From NCBI GenBank assembly GCA_027075275.1, contig JALTBO010000083.1:4522-68521 (forward strand): DNA of 64,000 bases, given 5' to 3'. Every line of letters begins with the position of its first letter. Position 1 is the stretch's first letter. Below are positions 19,362 through 29,666 of this stretch, piece by piece. Made by a program: the position numbers and the translations under genes. The notes under the pieces were generated by a model. It saw only the letters and a program-made list of their open reading frames with translations, made no database searches and was not told the origin of the DNA. Origin of the DNA: Desulfurobacteriaceae bacterium (lineage in GTDB: Bacteria > Aquificota > Aquificia > Desulfurobacteriales > Desulfurobacteriaceae).

Positions 19362-21245
19362 ATGTTCTGCTCACGAGAGAGGAGGGAGATAGAACAGCTC
19401 AAAGGCGAGCTGGAGAGGTTAAAGATTGAGAATATGAAGCTTCAGAAGAAGTGTGAAGAGTGTGAGAGGGAAAAGAGCTCCCTTCAGGAGGAGCTGAAGA
19501 AGCTCTCACAGAGGAACCTTGAGCTGTCTAAGGAGGTTGAGTCTTACAAACAGAAGTTTGAACAGATGGATAACGATATCTACATGTACCAGCAGATTCT
19601 TGATTCCCTTATGGAAGAAGCTATATTCCTTGCAACTCCTGACTTTAAGCCGGGCCGTGCTGGAAATGAGATTGTCTATGCCAACAGGCGTGCCCTTGAA
19701 ATAGCAAACAAGTGGAGAGATGTTTTCGTCAGCGAGTTTGGTGTTGATCCGGATAAGCTTATAGGAACCAGTATTCACGTTTTCCACAAAGACCCTGAAA
19801 GGGTTAAGGAGCTCCTTAAAGCCACCCGTCCGGGAGAACACAAGAAAAACGCAGATATCCCGGTTGGTCCTTACGTTATGGCCTCTTACCGCCACGCCAT
19901 TGCAAACAGAGACGGTTCTGTAAGGTACTACATGGCAACCTGGAAAGACGCTACTGCAGAGAGAGAAATTGAGGAACAGCTTGAGAAATCAAGAAGAATG
20001 TTCCTCCAGAATTTAAAAGCGACAAAACAGTCGTTAGTTAACAACCTTGCAACTATTGTTGCCATCTCTGTAGCTATAAGAGAGTTGAAAGAAGTCCTTA
20101 GGCTTTCTGAAAACCAGATAGTTGCCACGGATGAAATAGAGAAAACGGTTAACAAGCTGGTTGAAGTGTCTAAAAAGCTCATGGAGAACTACCAGTTTGT
20201 TCTCTCAAAGCTTGAGGAAGCCGAGAAGAAGACAGTTGAGTCTATTGATCAGATGCAGTACATAAGGAACATTACAAAAGAGATGGAAGATGTGGTTAAG
20301 TCCCTCCAGCTTCAGACCGAGCAGATTGACAGAGTTGTTGAGGTTATCACCTCTATTACAGAGCAGACAAACCTCCTTGCTCTTAACGCTGCAATAGAGG
20401 CGGCAAGGGCCGGTGAGGCCGGTAGAGGATTTGCCGTTGTTGCCGACGAGGTGAGGAAACTTGCCGAGAGAACAAACAAATCTGCAACAGAGATCAGAGA
20501 AGTTGTTAAGAATATGAGAGAACAGATGGTTAAAACTGCAGAGATTACAAACAAGAGTGTTGTGGCCGTAGAAGACGGAATGAACATCTTTAAGGAGAAC
20601 CAGACAACATACGCTACTCTTAAGAGTTCTTCAGAGGAGGTTCTCAAAGTTATTAACGACCTTTCCAGAGTTGTTTCGGTTCAAAAGGGTAAGACAGAGG
20701 AAATTGTTGAGAATATTCACAAGGCTAACAACGTTGTCCATTCTGTTAGAGAGCAGGCCGATAAGGTTATTAAGATTGCTGAGAAGACAGATACAAGCCT
20801 TCACAAGATATGGGAGACCTTCTACATCTTCAAGTTGGGCGATGCTGCTGTTCTACTTGATAAACTTGCAGAGCTGGGTAACTTTACTGCAAAAGTCAAC
20901 GATGTTATTAAGGCCAAGTTTGTTGAAGACCTTAATCCCGACATTTCCCTTATCGCTGAGGTTGACAGCCTGATAAGGAGTCTCAGCTTCCAGAATAAAG
21001 ACATTGCGGAGCTCCTCCAGAAGTATCCTTCTCTCAGGGATGCACTTGAAGGCATTGAGGATGATCTCTTTGAGGTTAAACTCCTTCTCAAGGAGCTCTT
21101 TGTTGCCATGAACAACGACGATGTTGATGAGATTAAGGGCAAAGAAGAAGAAATCTCTAGTGTTGTTAACAGAATTACAGAGAAGTTGATAAAGGGTATA
21201 TCTGAAATCGTTCTTTCAAATCAAAAAAGTAATGAAAGGGCTTAG
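19362..21245 (+). CDS. Soluble methyl-accepting chemotaxis protein with PAS domain
   Basis: [34 protein letters not shown] hairpin, no TM helices, PAS 'IVYAN...FHKDP...TWKDAT'. Confidence 0.93.
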   Translation: MFCSRERREIEQLKGELERLKIENMKLQKKCEECEREKSSLQEELKKLSQRNLELSKEVESYKQKFEQMDNDIYMYQQILDSLMEEAIFLATPDFKPGRAGNEIVYANRRALEIANKWRDVFVSEFGVDPDKLIGTSIHVFHKDPERVKELLKATRPGEHKKNADIPVGPYVMASYRHAIANRDGSVRYYMATWKDATAEREIEEQLEKSRRMFLQNLKATKQSLVNNLATIVAISVAIRELKEVLRLSENQIVATDEIEKTVNKLVEVSKKLMENYQFVLSKLEEAEKKTVESIDQMQYIRNITKEMEDVVKSLQLQTEQIDRVVEVITSITEQTNLLALNAAIEAARAGEAGRGFAVVADEVRKLAERTNKSATEIREVVKNMREQMVKTAEITNKSVVAVEDGMNIFKENQTTYATLKSSSEEVLKVINDLSRVVSVQKGKTEEIVENIHKANNVVHSVREQADKVIKIAEKTDTSLHKIWETFYIFKLGDAAVLLDKLAELGNFTAKVNDVIKAKFVEDLNPDISLIAEVDSLIRSLSFQNKDIAELLQKYPSLRDALEGIEDDLFEVKLLLKELFVAMNNDDVDEIKGKEEEISSVVNRITEKLIKGISEIVLSNQKSNERA

Positions 21246-21247
21246 TT

Positions 21248-22216
21248 ATGGCGAAGAAGAAGGAGCTCCTTCCCAAGATACTTGAGACCGGTGCCAACGA
21301 GCTTGAGATAATAGATTTTAGGATGTACGAAGTCTTAGACGACGGTTCCACCTACGAGTGGATACTGGGTGTTAACGTTGCAAAAGTTAAAGAGGTGATT
21401 TTTCGCCCTAAAGATATTATTAAGGCTCCCGGTCTGCCCCCTGAAGCTGAAGGGCTTGCAAAGATCAGGGGGCAGATGGTTCCAATAATTAACCTTGCAA
21501 AATGGATGAAGATAAAGGAGCCCCCGAACGCCGGGCGTTACGTAATTGTTATGGAGTTCCTGAGGGAGATAGTGGGAGTTATAGTTCATGAGGCCAGAAG
21601 GATAAGGAGAATCAGATGGGCCGATATTAAGAGACCTCCCAAAAGTATTGATGAAAAATTAGGGGGGAAAGTTGTTGGAGTTATTGAAATAGAAGACAAC
21701 AAACTCCTTCTCCTTCTTGACTTTGAAGGAATACTTGATGAGCTTGGAATGATTAAGATCTTTGGAGAGGAAGAAGTCAAGAAGGATATAGAAGGTATAG
21801 AGAAGAAAGGCCACTTTAAGATACTGATACTTGACGACAGTCCTGTTGCCAGAAGAATCATAAGAAAGATCCTTGAGGCAGACGGACATACCGTTTATGA
21901 GGCTCAGAACGGAATTGAGGCCCTCCAGATGCTCCACCAGTGGCTTGAGGAGGCTAAATCTCAGGGTAAAGATATAACCGACTATGTTCAGCTTATAATC
22001 TCCGATATTGAAATGCCCGGTATGGATGGTTTAACCTTTACCCGTAAGGTGAAGGAAGATCCGGAGCTCTCAAAAATTCCCGTTATAATCAACACATCTC
22101 TCAGTGATAGGGCTAACGTTGATAAGAGTAAGTACGTTGGTGCAGATGCCCATCTTGTAAAATTTGACGCTCCAGACCTGATTAAGCTGGTTCACCAGTA
22201 CGCAATTACAAAGTAA
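21248..22216 (+). CDS. cheV: Chemotaxis protein CheV (CheW-REC)
   Basis: 'GVNVAKVKEV' CheW domain plus receiver 'LDDS...SDIEMPGMDG...VKF'. Confidence 0.95.
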   Translation: MAKKKELLPKILETGANELEIIDFRMYEVLDDGSTYEWILGVNVAKVKEVIFRPKDIIKAPGLPPEAEGLAKIRGQMVPIINLAKWMKIKEPPNAGRYVIVMEFLREIVGVIVHEARRIRRIRWADIKRPPKSIDEKLGGKVVGVIEIEDNKLLLLLDFEGILDELGMIKIFGEEEVKKDIEGIEKKGHFKILILDDSPVARRIIRKILEADGHTVYEAQNGIEALQMLHQWLEEAKSQGKDITDYVQLIISDIEMPGMDGLTFTRKVKEDPELSKIPVIINTSLSDRANVDKSKYVGADAHLVKFDAPDLIKLVHQYAITK

Positions 22217-22226
22217 GGAGGTTTAA

Positions 22227-22628
22227 ATGGCACTACCGAGTCAGGATATAAACATTCTCATTGTTGACGATATGGCTGCAATGAGAAAGATTCTGAAGAC
22301 CCTTCTTGCTCAGTTAGGTTATAAGAACGTTGATGAGGCGGAAGACGGGAAGCAGGCCCTTGAGAAATTACGTCAGAATCCAGATAAATACGGTCTTGTT
22401 ATTACAGACTGGAACATGCCCAACATGACCGGAATTGAGCTGGTTCAGGCTATAAGAAGCGATGAGAAACTGAAGCATCTTCCGGTTCTGATGGTTACTG
22501 CTGAAGCTAAGAAAGAGAACGTTCTTATGGCTATAAAAGCAGGAGTGAACAACTACATCGTTAAACCTTTTACAGCTGAAACCCTGAAGGAGAAGTTGGA
22601 GGCTATTTTCAGCTCCCTCAATAAGTAA
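22227..22628 (+). CDS. cheY: Chemotaxis response regulator CheY
   Basis: IVDD, TDWNMPNM, MVTAEA, YIVKPF. Confidence 0.96.
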   Translation: MALPSQDINILIVDDMAAMRKILKTLLAQLGYKNVDEAEDGKQALEKLRQNPDKYGLVITDWNMPNMTGIELVQAIRSDEKLKHLPVLMVTAEAKKENVLMAIKAGVNNYIVKPFTAETLKEKLEAIFSSLNK

Positions 22629-22632
22629 GAGG

Positions 22633-23079
22633 CTATTTCCTGAAACTTTCAAGTTTCTTAACGTATTCTCGGGGAAGTATCTCTCTTGCGGAGAGAAGGC
22701 GGTTGAGGTAATCGTCTGAAGGCCTCAGCCCTTCTCTCTTAAATCCCTCACATGCTACATAGGTCAGCGCTTCTATCACCTCTCCCTTTTCTGTCTGAAC
22801 TTTCACTTTTACCCTTCTGTAGTGGTGTGGAGCTCCCTCGTACTCATCAAGTATCTCTATTTGTTCTTCATTGAGGCTGTACAGGATACCCCATACTTCT
22901 TCCCCTTCGGCCGGTTCAACGTTTGCACACCCTCCTCTACGGGGAGAGATCTTGTTGAACTTCAGGGTGTGGTTTTTCAGGACTGCCGGTCCCAGAATTT
23001 CAATCCCTTCTCCTACTCTGCGTTTAAGTTGGTTAACGTCCATGTTTGAGCCGTAAGCAAAGTAGATAACCTTACCCAA
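22633..23079 (-). CDS. Gamma-glutamylcyclotransferase family protein
   Basis: YFAYGSNM and 'LDEYEG' motifs. Confidence 0.88.
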   Translation of the reverse strand: MGKVIYFAYGSNMDVNQLKRRVGEGIEILGPAVLKNHTLKFNKISPRRGGCANVEPAEGEEVWGILYSLNEEQIEILDEYEGAPHHYRRVKVKVQTEKGEVIEALTYVACEGFKREGLRPSDDYLNRLLSAREILPREYVKKLESFRK

Positions 23080-23782
23080 ACGTTACCTCCTCTATAACTG
23101 TTTTCAGTCTAACGTAAAACGGTTTGCCCTTTACCTCTTTTAACGGGTATGGGCCTATTTCCCTGACAGGGCAGATGTCTTCCCTTGCGCTTGTTATGAA
23201 TACTTCATCTGCTGATAGGAGCTCTTTTATCTCAAAGAAACCTTCAACAACCGGAACTCCCATGTCACGGCACACGTCTTTTATGAATTCCCTCCTTGTT
23301 CCAGGAAGGCATCCCGTTTTAAGAGACGGAGTAAATAGAATTCCATCTCTGAAGAAAAAAATGTTTGCAAATGCCGTTTCTGAAATAAATCCGGTGTCGT
23401 TAAACAGAAGAGCTTCGTCAAAACCTTTTCTCTTTGCCTCTTTAAGAGCATAGAGGGAGTCCATTATATCTATAGTTTTGTGGTATGAGAGCGTAGATAA
23501 ACACCGTTTTACAGAGTAAACCGGAAGGAGAGAGACTGATCCTCTCTTTATACACTCTCTCGTTTCTAACTCTATCTTTCCGCTCTTGAAAAGGGTAAGC
23601 CTTACCAGTTTTATTCCGTTTTTAGCGTATTCTGTTATTCTGTTTCTGAACTCTTTGAGTGACAGAGAAAAAGGCAGATTCAGGAGGCGGGAGCTCCGCT
23701 CCATCCTCCTGTAGTGATAATCAATTAGAACAGGTTTTCCGTTTTCCACTCTTACCGTTTCAAAAATTCCAAACCTTTCCAT
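23072..23782 (-). CDS. Aminotransferase class IV (aminodeoxychorismate lyase-like)
   Basis: GIFETVR, HKT (PLP lysine), ETAFANIF, GCLPGTRR. Confidence 0.85.
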   Translation of the reverse strand: MERFGIFETVRVENGKPVLIDYHYRRMERSSRLLNLPFSLSLKEFRNRITEYAKNGIKLVRLTLFKSGKIELETRECIKRGSVSLLPVYSVKRCLSTLSYHKTIDIMDSLYALKEAKRKGFDEALLFNDTGFISETAFANIFFFRDGILFTPSLKTGCLPGTRREFIKDVCRDMGVPVVEGFFEIKELLSADEVFITSAREDICPVREIGPYPLKEVKGKPFYVRLKTVIEEVTFG

Positions 23783-24972
23783 TACGGAGCGTCAAAGCCG
23801 GGAATTCTCGGAACTTTTTTCAGCTTACTGGCCTTGTAGTACCAGCCCCAGAGCTTCTTTAGAGAGTGTCCTATAAAGGGTAAAGGGATCATGAGGGATC
23901 TCCTGTCGTTTCTGTAGACCAGAGCTCCGCTCATCCAGCACGGTCCCATATCCATAAGGCAAACTATGTGAAGGTGATGTATGTACTCCTCTCTTTTTGG
24001 TTCTCCTTTCACCTTGTTTTCAAGGTTCCTTGCTACAATCCTTGCCATAACTTCAGCTATGTGTCCCTGTTTTGCCTTCCACTGTGGACCTTCAAGGGCA
24101 GCACTGTCTCCCACTGCCCAAACAGTTTCATCTGTTCCGGGAACGGCACAGGTCGGCTCTATCTTTACAAAACCGGCTTCGTTGAGGGGGAGGTCTGAGT
24201 TTTTGAATACAGGGTGTCCATCTGTGGCCGGAATAAACATCGTCAGGTCTGTCTTCAGGAAAGAATCGTCTTCAAATACAACTCCGTCGGGCTTAAATTC
24301 CTTTATCTTCTTCCCGAAGTGCCTCTTTATTCCCAGTTTATCAAGCATCTTGTAGGCTTTCTCTGCGTTTTTTTCTCCAAGCCTGATTCCCGGTTTGGGC
24401 ATAGGAGCAAAGAAGTGGAGCTGAAACTTATCCCTTATTCCCTTTTTCTTGAAGTAACAGTCTAAGTTAAAGACAAACTCAAATGCAGGTCCTCCTCTTA
24501 CACCGGAAGGGTCTTTCGGGTTTCCACCAAAACCTGCTGCTATTACTCCTCCTCCTTTCTCTATTAACTGGTCAATCCTTTCCCTTATCTTTATTGATTC
24601 TTCCGGCTTTCCGCATATTGAGAGGAAGTTTTCACTTCCCTTATGTTTCACTTTTGTTCCGCCTATGGCTATTACAAGGTAGTCGTAATCTTTGACAGTT
24701 CCGTCTGACAGGTAAACCCTTTTCTCGGCTGTTGATATTCTCTCTACCTTCCCTATTGTCAGTTTAAATCCGTTGACCTTTGCAATCTCCTCAAGTGGAA
24801 TAGTAACGTCTTCCCACTGGTACTCGTGGGTAGGTATCCAGATAGAGATAGGGTAAATGTAGAGATAGTCTCTCTCTGATATCAGTTCGACGTCAAAACA
24901 CTTGTGGCACAGAGCGAAGGCTGCTTCAACACCTCCTATTCCTCCACCTAAAACCAGAACTTTCGGTGCCAT
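23782..24972 (-). CDS. sqr: Sulfide:quinone oxidoreductase, probably type VI (SqrF-like)
   Basis: Rossmann GGGIGG, 'SICG', 'GNPKDPSGVRGGPAFE', 'KQGHIAE', 'IVCLMD'. Confidence 0.8.
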   Translation of the reverse strand: MAPKVLVLGGGIGGVEAAFALCHKCFDVELISERDYLYIYPISIWIPTHEYQWEDVTIPLEEIAKVNGFKLTIGKVERISTAEKRVYLSDGTVKDYDYLVIAIGGTKVKHKGSENFLSICGKPEESIKIRERIDQLIEKGGGVIAAGFGGNPKDPSGVRGGPAFEFVFNLDCYFKKKGIRDKFQLHFFAPMPKPGIRLGEKNAEKAYKMLDKLGIKRHFGKKIKEFKPDGVVFEDDSFLKTDLTMFIPATDGHPVFKNSDLPLNEAGFVKIEPTCAVPGTDETVWAVGDSAALEGPQWKAKQGHIAEVMARIVARNLENKVKGEPKREEYIHHLHIVCLMDMGPCWMSGALVYRNDRRSLMIPLPFIGHSLKKLWGWYYKASKLKKVPRIPGFDAP

Positions 24973-25030
24973 CTTTCCTTTCCTCTCTTTAATTGTTTTT
25001 TGCGAATCTATTTAAAATAGTATATCAGAA

Positions 25031-25675
25031 TTACCTGTCAGCTCTAAACTTCAGGTGTCTTTCAGCTGCCCGCTCTATCAGATTTAACCATTTAAAATTC
25101 TTCTTCTTCAGCTGTTCAAGTGGTTCTTTTGTTAACCTGTAGGCCTCTTCAGACACTTCCCTTTTCCAGATCAGGTCTTCTTCTCCTTTACACTTTTCAC
25201 AGACAACTCCTCCCTTTTCAACTGAAAAACCGGTAATTTTTCTTGAACCGCATTCAACACACCTGAAAAGCCTCGGCATTAAACCTTCAAGAAAGAGGAA
25301 CTTCATTAGAAAGGCTGTGTATGTAGGGGGAGCTCCTCCCTGGCCCATGTACATTTTAATCAGCCGGTAGGTCTTCCTGTCGGGAGGTAACTGAAGGGGA
25401 AGGATGGCTTTTGCCACTTTTGCCCTGTAGGTGAGCTCTTCCGTACTTTTCGGGAAGTTTTCTTTAACCAGCTTACTCTCTAAAACTTCCCACTTGTCTC
25501 CCTTCTGGTTTAACTTAAACAGCGTAAGTGAAAAGGGTTCGTACTTTAAGGGAAACTCTTTAGACAGAACTTTCACCAGTAAATCTATCTTTCCCAGTTT
25601 CTCCGTATAGACTGAGATGTGTCTCAGCCTGTCTCCTAAATCCCTGCTCCTGAGAACTATCCCTTCAGTTTCCAT
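25031..25675 (-). CDS. recO: DNA repair protein RecO
   Basis: 'TEGIVLR' OB-fold start; CxxC...CxxC zinc finger. Confidence 0.85.
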   Translation of the reverse strand: METEGIVLRSRDLGDRLRHISVYTEKLGKIDLLVKVLSKEFPLKYEPFSLTLFKLNQKGDKWEVLESKLVKENFPKSTEELTYRAKVAKAILPLQLPPDRKTYRLIKMYMGQGGAPPTYTAFLMKFLFLEGLMPRLFRCVECGSRKITGFSVEKGGVVCEKCKGEEDLIWKREVSEEAYRLTKEPLEQLKKKNFKWLNLIERAAERHLKFRADR

Positions 25676-26778
25676 TAAACGTTAAACCTGAAGTGGATTA
25701 TATCTCCATCCTGAACTTCGTACTCTTTACCTTCAAGTCTCATCAGCCCTTTCTCTTTACAGGCCTGAATGGAGCCTTCCCTTATCAGGTCTTCGTACTT
25801 TATCACCTCTGCCCTGATGAACCCTCTCTCTATGTCTGAGTGGATCTTCCCTGCAGCCTGAGGGGCTTTTGTTCCTTTTCTTACTGTCCAGGCTTTAACT
25901 TCCGGTTCTCCTGCCGTGAAAAAGGTTACTAGGTCAAGGAGCTTATACCCTTCCCTGATTACTGCGTTTAGTCCCGGCTCTTTCAGTCCCAGCTCCTTCA
26001 GGAATTCCTCTTTTTCCTCCTTCGGAAGCTCGCTGAGCTCGGCCTCAACCTTTGCACATATCTTGACAACGGGAGCTCCCTCTCCCTTTGCGTACTCCCT
26101 TACCTGTTTCACAAACTCGTTGTCCTCAAAGAGCCCTTCTTCATCAACGTTTGCCACGTACATTACAGGTTTGGCCGTTAACAGCTGGAGCTCCCTTATA
26201 ACCCTCTTTTCCTCATCTCCCAGCTCGTTTAAAAATGGGTGAAGTCTCCTTCCCTCTTCCAGTATACCTTTTATCCTTTCAAGGGCTTCAGCTTCCGCCT
26301 TCAGCTTTTTATCTCCACTTTTTGCCTGTTTCACAACTTTCTGAAATCTCTTTTCAACGCTCTCTAAATCTTTCATAACCAGCTCAAGGTTAATGGTCTC
26401 AATGTCCCTTACAGGGTTAACAGAACCGTCTACGTGAACTACGTTTTCGTCCTGAAAACATCTTACAACGTGGGCGATTGCGTCAACACTTCTAATGTTT
26501 GCAAGGAACTGATTTCCAAGACCTTCTCCCTTACTTGCTCCTCTTACAAGCCCTGCAATGTCAACGAACTCAATGGTTGTTGGAGTTATTTTCTTAGGCT
26601 TTACTATTTCGGCTATTCTGTAGAGCCTTTCGTCTGGAACTTCAACAACTCCAACGTTTGGTTCAATGGTGCAGAACGGGTAGTTTGCAGCTTCTGCCTT
26701 CATTGTGTTTGTCAGTGCGTTAAAGAGGGTTGACTTGCCTACGTTTGGAAGGCCGACTATTCCGCAGTTAAATCCCAT
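25675..26778 (-). CDS. ychF: Redox-regulated ATPase YchF
   Basis: [39 protein letters not shown]. Confidence 0.98.
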   Translation of the reverse strand: MGFNCGIVGLPNVGKSTLFNALTNTMKAEAANYPFCTIEPNVGVVEVPDERLYRIAEIVKPKKITPTTIEFVDIAGLVRGASKGEGLGNQFLANIRSVDAIAHVVRCFQDENVVHVDGSVNPVRDIETINLELVMKDLESVEKRFQKVVKQAKSGDKKLKAEAEALERIKGILEEGRRLHPFLNELGDEEKRVIRELQLLTAKPVMYVANVDEEGLFEDNEFVKQVREYAKGEGAPVVKICAKVEAELSELPKEEKEEFLKELGLKEPGLNAVIREGYKLLDLVTFFTAGEPEVKAWTVRKGTKAPQAAGKIHSDIERGFIRAEVIKYEDLIREGSIQACKEKGLMRLEGKEYEVQDGDIIHFRFNV

Positions 26779-26891
26779 CTTCTCTCCTCTCCACTTCAGT
26801 TTTCAGGTTTTGAAATTTAGGCATTTAGCTGTGTTTCAACCACTTAGGTAGTTGACTAATATTTAAGTGGGAATACCCTAAAACTCTTAAT

Positions 26892-26900
26892 TGATATAAT
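26892..26900 (+). promoter_or_regulatory. Extended -10 promoter element for the HAD...bioW cluster
   Basis: TGaTATAAT 35 nt upstream of the ATG at 26936, followed by a GGAGGAG RBS. Confidence 0.55.
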
Positions 26901-26935
26901 GGCCGCCGTTATATCCAGACAGCTGGAGGAGAGAG

Positions 26936-27736
26936 ATGATAGGGTTTCTCCTTGATCTTGAAGGGACTTTAGTTAAGGATAAGAGCTACACTCCCTTCCC
27001 TGAAGCCCTTGAGTTTACCCGATACTTAGATGAGAGGGGAGTTCCCTGGATAGTTGCCACCAACAACTCAACTGAAAAGCCGGGAGTTCTTGTTGAGATA
27101 CTCAGGGAAAAGGGTTTCAACGTTAATAGAGATAAGCTCCTCTCTCCCTCTCTCCTTGCCGGCGATTTCCTGAAAAAGAGGGGAGTTAAGAGCATCTACT
27201 TTATGGGAACGGAGAAGGTTAAAGAGTTCTTCCGTGAGGAAGGCTTTGAGGTTAGAGACGACTACAGGGTTGACGCCGTTGTTGTTGGAAGGGACAGGGA
27301 GATAAACTACCAGAAGCTCAAAACAGCAACCTCTGCCCTCGTCCTTGAGGGAGCGGAGCTCTTTTCATTCCACAGGAACAGGCTCATTTTAGACCCGGAC
27401 GGCCTTGTGGGACCCAGTGTTGGAGCAATTGCTGAGGCCCTCTCCTACGCTTCCAATAAGCCTGTTGTTTCTTTTGGGAAGCCGTCTAAGGAGTATTTCA
27501 GCAGAGCCTTTGAGCTCCTTGGAATTTCTGACCCTGAAAAGGTTTACATGGTCAGTGACGACCCGTTTACAGACCTTGCAGAGGGTAAAAAGGTTGCCGG
27601 CTTTAAAACCGTTTTCGTTTTAAGCGGAAAATATAGAGATTTGTCTGTTCTGGAGAGTATTGAACCTGAGTTCCGTCCCGACTACGTTTTTAAACACATC
27701 GGGGAGTGCCTTCAGCTTTTAGAGGGGAACGGCTGA
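26936..27736 (+). CDS. HAD-IIA family hydrolase (NagD-like)
   Basis: DLEGT, TNNS, GKPS, 'SDDPFTDL' motifs. Confidence 0.88.
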   Translation: MIGFLLDLEGTLVKDKSYTPFPEALEFTRYLDERGVPWIVATNNSTEKPGVLVEILREKGFNVNRDKLLSPSLLAGDFLKKRGVKSIYFMGTEKVKEFFREEGFEVRDDYRVDAVVVGRDREINYQKLKTATSALVLEGAELFSFHRNRLILDPDGLVGPSVGAIAEALSYASNKPVVSFGKPSKEYFSRAFELLGISDPEKVYMVSDDPFTDLAEGKKVAGFKTVFVLSGKYRDLSVLESIEPEFRPDYVFKHIGECLQLLEGNG

Positions 27737-28605
27737 TGGGAATTGTTGGCCGTTTTAAGACCTATATGGAGCTTATAAAGGTTGAGCACACCATCTTTGC
27801 CCTTCCCTTTGCCCTAACTTCTGCCCTTATAGCTGCTAACGGTTTCCCTACCCTCTACCAGCTCTTCTGGATAACTGTTGCCCTCTTTGGAGCCAGAACG
27901 GCAGCAATGAGCTTAAACAGAGCCATAGATGCCGAAATTGACGCTAAAAACCCGAGAACTGCCGGTAGGCACATTCCCAGGGGAATTGTTAAACGCTCTG
28001 AAGCCTTTGTTCTGGCCTTTGTGGGTTTTGCAATTATGGTTTATGCCGCCTACAAACTCAATAAATTGGCTTTAGAGCTCTCTCCGGTTGCCATATTCAT
28101 TCTCACTCTCTACTCTTTTACTAAAAGGTTTACAGCTTTCTGCCACATCGTTCTTGGAGTTGCCGTTGCCCTTGCACCTTTAGGTGCCTGGGTTGCCGTT
28201 AGGGGAACCATTGACCTTCCGGCCCTTATACTTACCCTTTCTGTTGCCCTCTGGGTTGCCGGTTTTGACATCATCTACGCCCTTCAGGACCTTGAGTTTG
28301 ACAGAAAAGAGGGCCTCTACTCTATACCGGTAAAACTTGGTGAGAGGAGAGCTCTCCTCATCTCTCGTCTCTTTCACATTCTAACCCTTGCAGGACTTAT
28401 ACTGGTTGGTATCCTTGAACACATGGGCTTTTTCTACTATTTAGGCCTTCTTATCTCCACTTTCTTTATGGTGAAGGAGCACATTCTAGTCTCTAAAGAC
28501 AGGTCAAAGATAGGTTACGCCTTCTTTAACCTTAACGGCTACATTTCTCTGACCGTTTTCTTCTTTACTCTGCTGGACTTCCTGTTTAAATCCTGGAGGA
28601 AATAG
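27736..28605 (+). CDS. UbiA-like polyprenyltransferase (MqnP type)
   Basis: 'EHTIFALPF', 'NRAIDAEIDAKNPRT', 'FDIIYALQD'. Confidence 0.9.
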   Translation: MGIVGRFKTYMELIKVEHTIFALPFALTSALIAANGFPTLYQLFWITVALFGARTAAMSLNRAIDAEIDAKNPRTAGRHIPRGIVKRSEAFVLAFVGFAIMVYAAYKLNKLALELSPVAIFILTLYSFTKRFTAFCHIVLGVAVALAPLGAWVAVRGTIDLPALILTLSVALWVAGFDIIYALQDLEFDRKEGLYSIPVKLGERRALLISRLFHILTLAGLILVGILEHMGFFYYLGLLISTFFMVKEHILVSKDRSKIGYAFFNLNGYISLTVFFFTLLDFLFKSWRK

Positions 28606-29216
28606 TGTCACTTCTGAAGTTTGTTATATCTCTGTTGGTTATTTTAGATCCTGTATTTGCAGCTATAATGGTTGCAAGCCTTGTTGGGTCTACAAGAGAG
28701 ATAAAAAAAGTTGCTTTTAAATCCTCGTTAACAGTTTTTATAGCCTCCTTGATTACAGTTTTTTCCGGTGATGCGATTTTGAAACTTATGGGAGTTAATA
28801 TTTTTAGCATAAAAATATTTGGAGGCCTTATACTTCTTCACATGGCTTTTCAGATGCTTCAAGCAAAAGCTCCTAAAACGAAACATACAGAGGAAGAAAG
28901 TAGTGCTGCAGCTGAGAAGGATGATATCTCTATAGTTCCAATTGGAATTCCTGTTCTTTTCGGTCCAGGAGTTTTTACAACTCTTCTTATTTTTAGAGAG
29001 GAGATCAGGAATGTATTTCAGTTTGGGGAACTTCTTGTTGCTATTTTTATTTCTGTAGTTGTTACTTACATTACGCTTTCACAGTCTTCTTTCTTTGCAA
29101 GAAAACTTGGAACGACAGGAATAAACGTTACAGTTCGGATATTCGGCCTTTTTGTGGGAGCTCTCGGCTCCCAGTTTATAGTTGACGGCGTAAAACACCT
29201 TTGGTTTCAGGGGTGA
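28605..29216 (+). CDS. MarC family membrane protein
   Basis: 'ILDP', 'FGGLILL', 'VPIGIPVLFGPG'. Confidence 0.9.
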   Translation: MSLLKFVISLLVILDPVFAAIMVASLVGSTREIKKVAFKSSLTVFIASLITVFSGDAILKLMGVNIFSIKIFGGLILLHMAFQMLQAKAPKTKHTEEESSAAAEKDDISIVPIGIPVLFGPGVFTTLLIFREEIRNVFQFGELLVAIFISVVVTYITLSQSSFFARKLGTTGINVTVRIFGLFVGALGSQFIVDGVKHLWFQG

Positions 29217-29219
29217 GGT

Positions 29220-29666
29220 ATGAAAGCCTGTGTTCAGAGAGTTCTTTCAGGAAAAGTTGTTGTTTCAGGAGAAACTGTTGCAGAGATAGGTAAAGGCCTT
29301 GTTGTTCTGATAGGCTTTGAGAAAGGAGATCTTAAGTCTCACGTTGAGAAGATGGCAAAGAAGATCGTTGAGCTCAGGATATTTGAAGATTCCAACGGAA
29401 AAATGAACTTTTCGGTTAAAGATGTTGGAGGGGAGCTCCTCATCGTTCCAAACTTTACTTTAGCTGCAGACTGTCGGAAAGGGCGCCGTCCCAGTTTTCA
29501 ATCCTCCGAAGAGCCTTCAAGGGCAGAGGAGATGTTCAACCTCTTTGTTGAAAAGTGTAGAGAAGAAGGAGTCCCTGTTCAAACGGGAATTTTTGGTGCA
29601 GATATGAAAGTTCACATAGTTAACGATGGCCCTGTAACCTTTATACTTACCAGGGAGGACCTCTAA
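29220..29666 (+). CDS. dtd: D-aminoacyl-tRNA deacylase
   Basis: VQRV, PNFTL, KGRRPSF, NDGPVT. Confidence 0.96.
   Translation: MKACVQRVLSGKVVVSGETVAEIGKGLVVLIGFEKGDLKSHVEKMAKKIVELRIFEDSNGKMNFSVKDVGGELLIVPNFTLAADCRKGRRPSFQSSEEPSRAEEMFNLFVEKCREEGVPVQTGIFGADMKVHIVNDGPVTFILTREDL

Noticed and set aside
26840-26870. CCACTTA...TAAGTGG inverted repeat between ychF and the HAD gene
   Set aside because: 7-bp arms with a long spacer in AT-rich DNA are compatible with chance.
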